This document shows, piece after piece, positions 36,801-49,770 of a stretch of 64,000 bases of DNA. The DNA is from Pristiophorus japonicus. Lineage: Eukaryota. Each line of letters opens with the position of its first letter. The first letter of the stretch is position 1. The position numbers and the translations under genes were made by a program. The stretch covers positions 2,232,001 through 2,296,000 of the forward strand of contig NC_092010.1 in NCBI RefSeq assembly GCF_044704955.1. Reading direction: 5' to 3'. The notes beneath the pieces are model-generated. The model was not told the DNA's origin and ran no database searches. It worked only from the letters and a program-made list of their open reading frames with translations.

Positions 36801-39774
36801 GAAATGGCACAGCCTGCAGATTTAGTCATGGTTATGGAAGCACTTGAGAGTGAGAAATCACCCGTCACAGCCCAACAGATTAAAAGCTGTATGAACCAGG
36901 ACGCTTTACTGTCCCTAGTTAAAAACTGTGTCCTTCATCGTAGCTGGTCCAGTGTCTCCGTGGAAATGCAGGAAGAGATAAAGCTGTTCCAACGGTGCAA
37001 AGCTGAATTATCTATACAGGCAGACCTCCTTCTATGGGGTAATCAGGTAGTGGTTCCCAAGAAGGGCAGAGAGACATTCATCAATGATCTCCACAGTACC
37101 CACCCAGGCATCGTAATGATGAAAGCGATAACCAGATCCCATGTGTGGTGGCCCGTTATTGATGGGGACTTAGAGTCCTGTGTGCACAGATGCAACACAT
37201 GCTCGCAGCTAAGCAATGTACCCAGAGAGGCGCCACTCAGTTTATGTTCTTGGCCCTCCAAACCGTGGTCTAGGGTCCATGTCGACTATGCAGGCCCGTT
37301 CTTGGGGAAAATGTTCTTAGTGGTTGTAGATGCATACTCCATACTCCAAATGGATTGAATGTGAGATAATGTCGGCAAGCACGTCCGCTGCCACCACTGA
37401 AAGCCAGCGGGCCATGCTTCCCGCGCATGGCCTGCCCGATGGCCTTGTGAGCAACAATGGGCCATGTTTTACCAGCGCTGAGTTCAAAGAATTCATGACC
37501 CTCAACGGGATTAAATATGTTACATCTGCCCCATTTAAACCAGCATCCAATGGTCAGGCAGAGCAAGCAGTGCAAAACATCATGCAAGGCTTGAAGAGGG
37601 TAACTGAAGGCTCACTGCAGACTCGCCTATCCCGAGTCCTGCTCAGCTACCGCACTAAACCCCACTCGCTAACCGGGATCCCACCTGCTGAACTGCTCAT
37701 GAAAAGGGCACTTAAGTCAAGGCACTCGTTATTTCACCCCGATCGACAAGAACAGGTAGAGAGCAGGCGGCCTCAACACAGTCAGTATTATGATCGTGAA
37801 AATGTATCACGTGAGATTGAAATCAATGATCTTGTATTTGTATTGAATTATGGACAAGGTCCCAAATGACTTCCCAGCACTGTCGTGGCCAAAGAGGAGA
37901 GCAGGTTGTTTCGGGTCAAACTGTCAAATGGACTTATTCACCGGAAACACTTGGACCAAATCAAACTCAGATTCACGGACTATCCTGAGCAACCCACTTT
38001 GGACCTTGCCTTCTTTGACCCCCCAACATACACACTAGTGGCAACCGACACCGCGTTTGGCCACGAAGCAGAACCCATCATCCACAGCAACCCAGCAGGA
38101 CTCACCACACCAGGCAGCCCAGCAAGGCCAGCTGCACAGCAGCCCAGCGAGGGCCCAACAGACGACTCATCTATACCAGCATTTGCCACGGGACGATCAG
38201 CCAGGGCAAGAAGGGCCCAGATCGACTCACCTTGTAAATAGTTGCACTGTTGATTTTGGCGGGGAGTGTTGTTGTATATTTAAACTTGCATATACTCTGT
38301 ACAGCCACCAGAGGGCTCATCCCCTGGAGTCCCATGGGATCCCATAATCCCTTGGCAGCACAGGTATTTAAGGAGGCCTCACAGGTTGGAGAGGCACTCT
38401 GGAGAACTTTACTTTGAGCTCACAGTATCCAGTCAGACTCTTTCTTCATACAAAACAATCATCTCACGATCTCGATTCTACACGCACGTTCGTTCTGAGG
38501 AATGTATCAGAATTCATTGCCGAATTAAGACGTCTAGCTGGACCGTGTATGTTTGAAATTGCATTGGCAGACATGCTGCGGAACTTCTTTGTAGTCAGCA
38601 TCAACCACGTGATGATCCTGCGTAAGCTACTGGTGGCGGAGAAGCTGGGTTTGAGCAAGACCATCACGAATGCCCAATCATGCATGATGACAGACAAAAG
38701 CTTAAAGCAGATATAATTGAAAAATCGGAACTCGGCAAGTACTGTAAACAAGATAGTATCGTCGTTTTGCAGAGCTCCATATGGCAGGGCCTACCCGACT
38801 GCATATGTGAAACCTGTGGCTGCTCAAAGTCCGCCAATGGTAATGCATCCAATATCACCATGTTGGCGTTGTGGGGGAAATCATCGGTATCATCAGTGTC
38901 AGTTTAAAGAGTACATTTGTAAGGGCTGTTCGAGAGTGGGGCATCTCCGCAACTGAGCAAGCGTGCTGCGACACATCACATGGAGTCCGACGACCAGTCT
39001 AGCACAGATCCGGATATGCAATCCAAGATACCAGAGGAGGAAGTGTATGGACTGTATTCATTCCTAACAAAGAGCCAGCTGATAAAGATTCATATAAACC
39101 TTAATGGTGTGCCAGTATGAATGAAATTGGACGTGGGTGTGAGTCAATCAATAATGAGCCAGAGGACATTCGACAGGCTGTGGGATACTAAGGCTGTGAG
39201 GCGTAAACTGAGTCAATGCCAGTCAATGTCAAGTTGGGTACGTACACTAACAAAGTCATAACAGTGATTGGCAGTGCAGTAATCAAGGTGCCGTATGATG
39301 GTGTGGTTCACAATGTACAGTTATAGATTGTTCCAGGCAATGGTCCATCGCTGTTTGGCAGGAACTGGTTGGAAAAAATCAAATGGAACTGGAACCAGAT
39401 CAATGTGTTGTTGTTGGTGGAGCATACTCCGTCTGCTCAAGTGCTGAGCAACTCCCCTCGCTGTTAAAACCAGACATCGGTAATTTCACAGGAGCCAAGA
39501 TGCAGATCCACATGGACTCGGATGCAAGACCCGTCCATCATAAAGCTCGAGCAATTCCGTACATGATGAGGGAGAAAGTCGAAATCGAACTGGACAGACT
39601 CTAGCGTGAAGGGAACTTATCACTGGTCAAATTTAACGGATGGGCCAGCCGCATTGTTCTCATGTTGAAAAGTGATGGCACTGTCAGGATTTGAGGAGAC
39701 TACAAGGTTACGATCAATCGAGTTTCGAAACAGGATCAATACCCGTTACAGAGGCTGATGACCTGTTTGCAACA
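33868..39774 (+). mobile_element. Outer Gypsy element, unit 2 copy (5' LTR 33868-34073)
   Basis: Colinear with 2201-8528. Confidence 0.88.
34380..38457 (+). mobile_element. Inner Gypsy element, unit 2 copy (LTRs 34380-34591 and 38270-38457); open gag ORF 34625-35554; about 460 bp pol deletion at about 36620
   Basis: TSD ATCAT; RPIDSKM joined directly to DHKPL. Confidence 0.95.
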
Positions 39775-42758
39775 GGCTCGAGCGGCTGAATGACCTCCTC
39801 CTGTTCCAATGTTACAGACTCGAGGGGCTGAATGGCCTGCTCCTGTTCCTGTCCAACAGGCTCCAGGGGCTGAATGTGCCTCCTCCTGTTCCTATGTAAC
39901 TGACTCAAGGATCTCAATGGGCCTTCTCCTGCCCCTAGGTAACAGACTAAAACTGCTGAATGAAATAATCCTGTTCCATTCCTGCGACCTGCGCTCTGCC
40001 CCCGTGACCCTGTCATCACTGTGAGGGTTGGTGCTCTCACACTGCACTGAGGGACAGATACCGTCTCTCTGCCCATTCCTGGCACACCACTGCCACTGCC
40101 CCAGGGAGCAGCTGCCACCATCCGAACGCATGAAACCGAAGGATCCCAGGGATGGCTGAAGGAGCTCCTGCAACTTAATTCAATCCAGAGAAATAATCCG
40201 TCTCACCGGGCATGGAGGTGCTGATCAGCAGAGGAAGAAGTCACTCCTAGCCTTCAAATATATGTCAAGTAACAACTCGAATCCTCAACATTCTCACTTT
40301 AACCCCTCAACCTTAACTCTGCTTAACTCTCTCACCTTAATTCACAGAATCATAGCATGGCTACAGTACAGAATGAGGCTATTCGGCAAGTTGAGACCAT
40401 GCCGGCTCTCTGCAAGAGCACCTCAGCTAGTCCCACACCCCCGCCCTTCCCCCATAGCCCTGCATTTTTTTTCCTTCAGGTACTTATCCAGTTCAGGTTG
40501 AGGAGCTGGGAGGTGCCAAACCATGGCACTACAAAAAAGTAGTTTAGCTAAAACAGACTTGTCAGACGGGCTGTTTAAGAATTTCCATGATTCGGACTAG
40601 AATTAAAGGTCAAACGTTATTTTCTACATACACGGGATCAACTTTGGAGACCAATTTCCTGCAGTAACTAATAGCTTCTCCTTGTACCCGAAGTAACCTT
40701 GACAAATGGCATTTAAAAACAGAATGAATATATTAGAGTGCAATACAGTGCCACCACTGCCTGGAAGGTGTCATTGCAAAGTGACATTAAGGAAGGATAT
40801 CTTTGCCTGCGAGGCAGCGCAATGATGGTTGACCAGATGGATTCCTGGGACGAGAGGGTTATCCAGTGAGGAGTAATTGAGTAGAATGAGCCTATACTCT
40901 GGAGTTTAGAAGAATGAGAGATGATCTCATTGAAACCTATAAAATTCTTGGAGGACTTGACAGGGTAGATGCTGAGAGGCTGTTTCTCCTGGCTGGATCA
41001 GTGCTTGGGCCTAAGCTGAATACAATCTATATCAATGACTTAGATGAGAGGACTGATTGTAATATATCCAGGTATGCTGACCATACAAATCCCGGTGAAC
41101 GTTAGCTGTGAGGAGGATGCAAAGAAGACACAAAGAGATATAGATCAATTGAGCGATTTGGCAGGGAGGTGGCAGATGGAGTATAAGGTAAGGGAATGTG
41201 AGGTTTTTCACTTTGTTAGCAAGAATGGAAAAGCAAAATATTTTCTCGAAGGTGAGAAACTGTGAAATGGTGATATTCAGAGGGTTTTGGGTGTCCTTGA
41301 ACACGACTCATGGAAAGTTAACTTGCAGGTACAGCAAGCAATTCGCAAAGCAAATAATTGGCTATTCTTTATTGCAAGGGTCTTGGGCTACAAGCGTAAG
41401 GAAATCTTGCTGCAATTATACAAGGCTTTGGTGAGACCACACCTGGAGTACTGTGCACAGTTTTCGTCTCCTGACAGAAGGAAGGATATACTTGCCATAG
41501 AGGAGGCGCAACAAAGGTTCACTAGATTTATCCCTGGGACGAGACAGTTTTCCTATGAAGAGAGATTGACTAGAGTGGGCCTATACTCTCTGGACTTTAG
41601 AAGAATAAGAGGTGATCTTATTGAAACATATAAGATTCTGAGGGGGATTGACAGGGTAGATGTTGAGAGGTTGATTCCCCCTGGCTGGAGAGTCTAGAGC
41701 CAGGGGGCACAGACTCAGGATCATGGGTCGGCCATTTAAGACTGAGATGAGGAGGAATTTCTTCACTCAGAGGCTGGTAAATCTTTAGAATTCTCCACCC
41801 CAGAGGGCCATGGATGCTGAATCATTGAGTATATTCAAGGCTCAGATTGATATATTTTTGGAAACTAGGGGCAACAAGGGATATTGCGATTGGGCGGGAA
41901 AGTTGGGTTAGTGCAGAAGATCAGCTCGAAGGCCCATATGGCCTACTCCTGCTCCTATTTCTTATGTTATTAAGGCATGTTTTCAATCGGTAGTTCCCAT
42001 TATAAATGTGGACATAATGCACAAAGCTGATGCAAACAGTGTGGCAACAATGTGACAACAAGAAGTAAGATGTTTCAGACAAGACATGCACTCAGATATA
42101 ATATTTTTAATATATGAATAGTCAACCTCTTTTGGCATTGCTCAAGGGGTGTTGAGACCGAGTATAACCTTCAGGTGAAGAGTTCGAGTTACAGTTTGAG
42201 TCTCGGACACATAGGTATAATTTCAGCCCTCATTTTAAAGTCATACATTCTGTCCTTATTTTTTTAAATACATTTCCATTATAAATTCCCCTGACTGCTT
42301 CTATAATGTGAACCTGTCAATTTGTAATTGAATTCTCCTGTTAGTGGTGGTCCTGCAGCGCCTCCACTGGTCAGTGGGCATCCTTGCAGCGTGATACGTT
42401 TACACAGGCAGGTTTGCATTATAACTGTGTAAGGAAAGGGTTAATCAGACTGTACTGACTATTACTGTATCGATATCGCTTTGCATTGGAGTAATGTTAA
42501 ACTTCAGCCTTTGACTGTTAAAGCATGGAAGTTTAAGTCATTGTCAAGTGCCCCTGGGCTGTTCAGCCAGACCAACCTTTAAGCAATGGTCAGTTTCGTC
42601 AGTTCAGTAAACTTGACATGCACGCTGATTCATGTATGTCAGAGAATCTTAATCCATTGATAACAAGTGCAGGGATAACAGGTGGTTCTACAGAAAACCC
42701 TCTGGGTAAACCTCATCCATTTTAATTGAGGCTTCTATCGAAGCAGGATATTGATTCG

Positions 42759-43075
42759 TAGAAAACCTTCCCTTATCCAGCATCCTCGGGACCTGGCCTG
42801 TCCCGGATAAGGGAATTTTCCGGACGAGGGGTGGTCATGTTAAATTGGATGGCTGAGCAAGGGTATATCGGGGCTGGCTGGCTTGGGGCTGGGAGTGCGG
42901 CAGAGAGATCATGGCGGGCGGGGGGGCGGTGGGCGGTGGGCAGTAGATCGCGGGGTCAAGCCAGCAATTGCAGGAGTCAGCAGCGAGGAATGACCACAAT
43001 TTGTTATGTCGGAGTTCTGCGTATGCGCCACCCGGTGGCCAGGAAAGGTTCTGGATAAGGGAGGTTCAAACTGTA
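42759..43075. mobile_element. MITE-like DNA element (pogo/Tigger-like TIRs)
   Basis: AACCTTCCCTTATCCAG ... CTGGATAAGGGAGGTTCAAACTG-TA inverted termini; internal CCGGATAAGGG repeat. Confidence 0.65.
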
Positions 43076-43094
43076 TCAGCAATGCTAAATGAAA

Positions 43095-43385
43095 CAACTG
43101 GATTGTTGTTAAAAACCCATCTGGTTTACCACTGCCCCTTAGGGAGGGCAATCTGGCCTATAGGTGTCTCCAGACCCACAGCAATGTGGGTTTCTCTTAA
43201 CCGCCTTCCGAAATGGCCCAGCACTCAGTTGTACCAAACCGCTATGGAAATAGACCTTGACCCCACACGGACTGCAGGAGTTCAAGACGCCGTCTCATCA
43301 TCACATTCTCAAGGGCAATGAGGGATGTACAGTAAATACCGGCCTTGCCAGCGATGCCCACATCCCAAGAATTAATTTAAAAGAA
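43095..43385 (+). mobile_element. Decayed SINE fragment (Meta-domain-like core with LINE-type tail)
   Basis: GATTGTTGTTAAAAACCCATCTGGTT core and GCCAGCGATGCCCACATCCC tail; family recalled from memory. Confidence 0.5.
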
Positions 43386-43699
43386 ACTTGGTGGAATGGC
43401 AATTATATGAAACAAGAGTGAACCTATCAGAAAAATAACAAAGTAAGGGAACTGCACCAGTCTATGGAAAAATAACTTGTTAACACTAAAGTTATTGATA
43501 ATGGACAAGTCAATTAAATTGTATTTTAACGTATAATCGCATAATGCAGAATTGTGTGGATAGTCACATGGAGTGAGTGAGAGAAATGTATAAAACTGAC
43601 AGTTTGTGATGAATCTTTGGTATTGTAAAAGCCTAAGATAGTGACCTCAGATCTCTCACACATTTCAATCCCCAACCAAACCATCATCAAGATTTAAAG

Positions 43700-45510
43700 T
43701 CATTAGTCAAAGGGTTAGAGGGGATTTGAGAATTTTTTTCACGCAGAGGACCGTGGGGGTCTGAAACTCGCTGCCTGAAAGGGTGGTAGAGGCAGAAACC
43801 CTCATCGCATTTAAAAAGTACTTGGATATGCACTTGAAGTGCCGTAACCTACAGGGCTACGGACCAACAGCTGGAAAGTCGGTTTAGGCTGGATAGCTCT
43901 TTGTCGGACGGAACTGACACAATAGGTCGAATGGCCTCTTTCTGTGCCATAAATTTCTATGATTCTAAGTTTGATAGTAAATTTTATTTTTAAGTATGTT
44001 TAAGTAGCTGCATACTTAATACATACGTGACACCTGATATTCATGGTATAAAAAGTTTATTACTCTTAATTATCCCTTTATTAAGCTTGAGTATAGAAGA
44101 TTAAGGAGTGATGCAGTTGAGGTGGTTATGATGATTAAAAGGAGTTGATAGGATAGATAGAGAGAAACTGTTTCCTCTGGTGGGGATAGTCCAGAACAAG
44201 GGGGCAGAACCTTAAAATTAGAGACAGGCTATTCAGGGGTGATGTCAGGAAGCATTTCTTCACACAAAGGGGAGTGGAAGTCTGGAACTCTCTCCCCCAA
44301 AAAGCTATTGAGGCTGGGGGGGGGGTCAATTTCAAAGCTGAGATTGATAGGTTTTTGTTGGGTATGGGTATTAAGGGTTATGGAACCAGGGCGAATAGAT
44401 GGAGTTTGGATACGGATCAGCCAAAATCGAAGTGAGTGGCGGAACAGACTCGAGGGGCTGAATGACCCCCTTGCATTCCCATGTTTCTATTGATTTGGGG
44501 AAGCAAATTATTGATCAGGACCCCGCCTCTTTAACAACTGTGAGCGCAGGAATGTGTTATGACAGGATCGGGAACTGGCAGCACCAAGACGGGCCGAGAT
44601 TGAAATGGGATGAGGGTCTTAACTGCGATGCTGATCCCTGATGTGCAGATATTAATGAGGCATCCGCCCATTTCCTGTGGATCTCCGGCCCCCTAAATTG
44701 AGGCTCCCCCCTGCCCCCACCATCTCCACACGGATTGGATCCCACCATCACTGCGTGTCACACAACTACACCCAGGCTCGGCTTGTCTTTTAACAGGTTT
44801 ATTTATGAGAATAGAATGCATTTTATATTTCAATTCAGTGCAATTGATTCAGGGAAGACATGATTAATAATGGTAGCACTCAACTTGCAAGGGCGCAGTG
44901 ACTAAAAACAGTTTAATGGCTTCACCGGGTGACCTGAGGGAGGAAGTGTTACAACAGACCTATGGTGCGACGCAGGGGTGGTGTGTATTGTAACCCAATG
45001 GTCACGCAGTTCCACGCTTCACGTCTGAATGCTCCTTCCCTTGTGCACTTATAAAGGAAGATAGGAACAGGAGGAGGCCATTCAGCCCCTCGATCCTTTG
45101 CCAGCATTCAATGAGATAATTTCTGATCTGCGACCTAACTCCTTCTTGGCCCCGATCCCTTTATACCGTTGGTAAACACAAATCTGTCAATCTCAGATTT
45201 AAAATTAAGAATTGATCGAGCATCAATTGCTGTTTGCAGAAGAGAGTTATAAACTTCTGCCACTCTTTGTGTAGAAATGTTTCCTAACTTCATCCTGAAA
45301 GGTCTGGCTCTTATTTTTAGACTGTGCCTCCTAGTCCAAGGCTCCCCAGCCAGTGGAAATAATTTATCTCTCTCTCCCGTATCAATTCCCCTTAATATCT
45401 TGAAATCTTCAATCAGATCACCCCTTAATCATCTAAATTACAGGGAATACAATCCTAGTTTGTGTAATCGCTCCTCGTAATTTAACCCTTGGCGTCCAGG
45501 TAACATTCTG
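43700..45510. mobile_element. Three CR1 3' fragments (about 43700-43970 plus, 44090-44490 plus, 45055-45510 minus)
   Basis: FFTQR-type coding remnants and CR1 tails. Confidence 0.8.
44798..44803 (-). terminator. Candidate polyadenylation signal (AATAAA) for gene B
   Basis: First AATAAA found by eye downstream of the gene B stop, in non-repeat AT-rich sequence. Confidence 0.35.
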
Positions 45511-46007
45511 CATTTTACTTCACCTGGTGGATCCTCTCACCTACCGTCCTTCCTTGATTCATGTTCATGAGCTCACATGGTGAGAGGCGCAGGGGGAGGG
45601 AAATGGATGTCGGGCAATTAATGGGCGATAGGCCTCACTGCCCGCCTTTGATCCCTTTCTCTGCCACAACCCCACCCGATTACACGAAGGAATGAGGAGG
45701 AGAATCCAGTCCAGAAAATGCCATGCAACTATTGAAAGAGCAGGGAGTGCTCCTGGAGTCCCGGCTAACATTCCTTCAAACCAATACCTATCCAAACTGG
45801 TCATTTGTCTCATTGGTGTTTGTGGGAGCTTGCTGTGCACACATTGGCTGCCGCATTTCCTGCTTTACAACAGTGACTACATTTCAGATGTAATTCGTCA
45901 GCTGTGAACGGCTTTGGGATGTCCTTATGTTGTGAATCAGTTTATCTGTTACCCACGCTCCCTCCTCCATTTGTTGAAATCAAAACCCATGGGATAGATC
46001 AGTCGTA

Positions 46008-46300
46008 GATCAGTGGGCAGCACCCTCACCTCTGAGTCAGAAGGTTTTGGGTTCAAGTCCCACTCCAGGAACTTGAGCACGCAAATCTAGGCTGATACTC
46101 CCAGTGCAGTACTGAGGGGGTGCTGCACTATCGGAGGTGCCGTCTTTTGGGTGAGATGTTAAAACGAGGCCCTGTCTGCTCTCTCAGGTGGACATAAAAG
46201 ATCCCTTGGCACTATTTCGAATAGAGCAGGGGAGTTATGCCCGGTGTCCTGATCCATATTAATCCCTAAATCAACATGACTAAAACAGATTATCTGCTCA
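46008..46300 (+). mobile_element. tRNA-derived Deu-domain SINE (head and core); a minus-strand SINE tail lies at about 45680-45935 and a CR1/L2-type RT fragment at about 46300-46490 (minus)
   Basis: A/B-box head, GGAGGTGCCGTCTTTTGGGTGAGATGTTAAAACGAGG core; YKARIRSVMEYSPLAW translation. Confidence 0.78.
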
Positions 46301-46735
46301 TCCCTTTGATGGTACACACTGTGCCATGGTGCACCAGTGTGAAGGAACTGGACGGTTAAGTGGTGGATAATCACATGGACTGCTTTGTCCTGGATGGCGT
46401 GGGGCTTCTTGAGTGTTGTTGGAGCTGCACTAATCCAGGCAAGTGGAGAGTATTCCATCACACTCCTGATGCGTGCCTTGTACATGTGGAAAGGTGGAAG
46501 TGTTGGATGATGTAAATCTCAAACAGTGAGCGGAATTAGAAAATCTAAAGGGGGCGAAGAACTGCTCCAGTGATAATTAGCCCTGGACAGCCCAGCTTCA
46601 CCTTCTGTCCTCCCCTATCTCTGTTAACTCAACCTGCCCCTTTCACGCACCGACTCACTTTCACACAACTCTGTTTTTAAATTAACTTTTAGTTCGTTGT
46701 ACGAGATGAGCAGAATCCCAGCTGGTTACCGCTGC

Positions 46736-47682
46736 CTAGACTCCACCCCCACCTCTGCGGGCAGCTTCTGGGTGAAACCGATGAGTTGACGAGTTCTCCT
46801 TTGGTTTTAGGTCTTTGGTGAGCTTCAGAAACAGATGAATGGGCTGTGTGATGGCTCGCCTCATCTCCGCCCTGAACTTAGCCTGGGTGAGAGCGTAAAT
46901 GCAGGTGTTGGTGCAGGAGTTCAGGTACATCAGCAAGTCGCCGACCTGCATGACCATGGGGCCTATGTCCAGCAACATCTCCTGGAACACAAAGACCACC
47001 ACTCTGGTCATCCACAGCACGATGAAGCTGCCCGATATGGCGAAGAGCAGGATGATGGACCTTCTCCGGTTCTCCATCTCGGGGTCAACTTGCTTCCCAT
47101 CGCCACCTTGACTCCGGAATGCCCTGCTGACACGACTGGCCACGAGAACGTGCCTGACGGTGAGAGCATTGAGCAGCAAGATGCACACGTAGGGAATGAG
47201 AGGGTTTAAGATGGTACAGGACGAAAGGTATGCTGCCCAGGGGGTGTTTGTACAAAGTTTGCGGAGCCTGCAGACTGGGAACGGGCCGCGGGCATCAACG
47301 GGTTCGTAGGTGAAGTAGCGCGGGATATTACGCAGGTAGCTCACCGTGCACACAGTCGTTATCACCCCGGTCGCTGTCCTCACCGTGCAGTATCTCGCTT
47401 TCCACTTCTGGTAACAAATGGCGACAAATCGATCAAGGGTGAAGGCCACGGTGAGCCAGACCGAGCAGTCCACCACCGCGGCATTCATGATGCTGTTCAG
47501 GCTGCATACGTGGTAATGGGTGAGGATCGAGAAGGGGAAGTAGAGAGATCCCAGGTAGTTCAACATCACACAGAAGATGATGACCAGCAAGTCCACCGCT
47601 GCCATGGAGACCAGGTAAAGGCCCGTGCATCTGGCGAGGACAGAGCTTCCACGAGAGAGAATCACGATGGTCATTAAGTTAG
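46736..47682 (-). CDS. Gene B exon 2: orphan class A GPCR, GPR139/GPR142-like (338 aa spliced)
   Basis: Uninterrupted ORF about 90% identical to gene A; acceptor tctctttccctctctggcag|CT AAC TTA ATG. Confidence 0.93.
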
Positions 47683-48589
47683 CTGCCAGAGAGGGAAAGA
47701 GAGGTGAGAGTTAGTAATTACACCCACACCATGTGTCATAGGGCATGTTACATGAGGGAGAGATACCCTAGCCTTGCAACTTGTTGAGAGTTCTCCTTAG
47801 CAACAGCCAGCATTCAAGATTGATTATGGCCATGGGATGTTGATAGTACTGCCTTAATAGTATGTTTAGATCATAACTTTTATGGTCACAACAACTCGGG
47901 CACTGCAACTTATGTGAAAGGCTGTTGATGTTCGCATAACGCAGAGAATGTAAACATGTGTGCGTGAGAATCAGCTGTACATTGACCAGAGAGTACCATG
48001 TAAAGGTAATGAGTAGGAGACGGTGTGATGAAACTTGGTTTTAACACAGTGAAGATAGCAAAGAGGGAGTGAGGAAACTTGGGAGGAGAGGACATTTCTA
48101 AGTTAGGTTAGAGACACAGGTTGGAAAATAGTAATGAGAGAATGATTGGCTATCAGTATAATAAATATTTATTAGATAGCAGTATAAACTGTATGGATTC
48201 TATTTCCCTGATAGCTCTCATTATCCAATTCTCACCAGACACGTAAAGAGCAGCCATTGTCCATCACTCAGTGAAATACAATTGGTCCAACTCGGTCCAT
48301 CGCTCAATCAACACTCATTGTTCAACTCACTTCATCACTCAATGAGAACCCATTGTTCAACTTAGGCCCTCACTGAATGTGCTCTCATTGTTCAATTGTC
48401 TCCATCATTTAATGAGCTCCTATTGTACAACTCTCGACCAGTCACTCAATGGACTTGCATTTTCCAACTCACTCCCTAACTCAGTGGCCTCCCATTGCCC
48501 AACTCTCTACCTTACCCAATGGTCTCCCATTATCCAATCACAACCAGTCACTCCATTAACCTCCCTTTTCCAACTCTCTATATCAGGGA

Positions 48590-49770
48590 GGGAAAACATC
48601 CTCTCTGCATCGACCCTGTCAAGCCCCCTCAGAATCTTATATATTTCAATAAGATCACCTCTCATTCTTCTAAACTCCAAAGAGTATAGGCCCAACCTGC
48701 TCAACCTTTCTTCATAAGACAACCCCTTCATCTCAAGAATCAACATCTTGAACCTTCCCTGACCAGTACATTAATATCCTCCTGCAGTCCACAGCTTTCT
48801 TCTTCATTATCAACTACACGGCTGATTTTAGCCTCACCTGCAAACTTCTTAATCTCTTAAATCTATTGTTATCAGCCTTGATTACACCCAATCACTGAGC
48901 ATACACAGCACTCTGTGGGACAGAATTCCAAAGAGTCACAACACTTTTGAGTGAAGTAGTTTCTCCTCATCTCAGTCCTACATGGCCAACCAATTATCCT
49001 GAGGCTATGACCTCTAAATTCTCCAGTCAAACGAAATGGCCTCTCACCAATGACCCTGTCAAGCCCTCTAATAATTATATACATTTCAATTTGATCACCT
49101 CTCAATATTCTAAATTCCATAGAATTTAGGACTCAATCTCTCATCCCAGGAATCAATCCAGTGAACAATCGTTACACTCCCAAGCATATCCTTCCTTAGG
49201 TAAGGAGACCAAAACTGTACAATGTATTCCAGGTGTGGTCTCACCAAAACCCTATATAATTGCAGCAAGACATTCTTATTCTTATACTGCAAGCCCTTTG
49301 CAATAAAGGTTTGCATTCCTAATTGCTTGCTGTACCTCCATGTTAACTTTCTGTAATTTGTGTTCAAGGTCATCCAAATCCCTTTGAATACCAACATTTC
49401 ACAATTCTGCTTTTGCATTCTACCTATAATTTCACATTTCCCCACATTATACTTCACCTGCCATCTTCTTGCTCACTCACTTATTCATTCCTATCCCCTT
49501 GTAGCCTCATTGCATCCTCCTCACAGCATATTTCTTACCTAGCTTTGTATCAGCAGCAAACGTGGATATATTATGCTCAGTTCCCTCATCTAAGTCATTG
49601 ACATAGATTGTAAATAGCTGAGGCCCCAGCACTGATCCTTGTCGCACTCCACAAGTTGTACCGTGCCACCCTGATAATGGCCTGTTTATTCCTACTCTCT
49701 ATTATCTGTCCATTAACCAAGCCTCAGTCCATGCAACTCATATTACCCCCAACCCCATGAGCCCTAATCT
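48590..49770 (-). mobile_element. Older CR1 fragments in the gene B intron; about 48760-49770 is inverted relative to gene A about 25981-26995
   Basis: ORF 49110-49457 (minus) is homologous to ORF 26295-26642 (plus). Confidence 0.88.

Noticed and set aside
46008-46080. tRNA gene
   Set aside because: tRNA-derived SINE head followed by the Deu core; the tRNA-Gln match at 22656-22673 is likewise only a PBS
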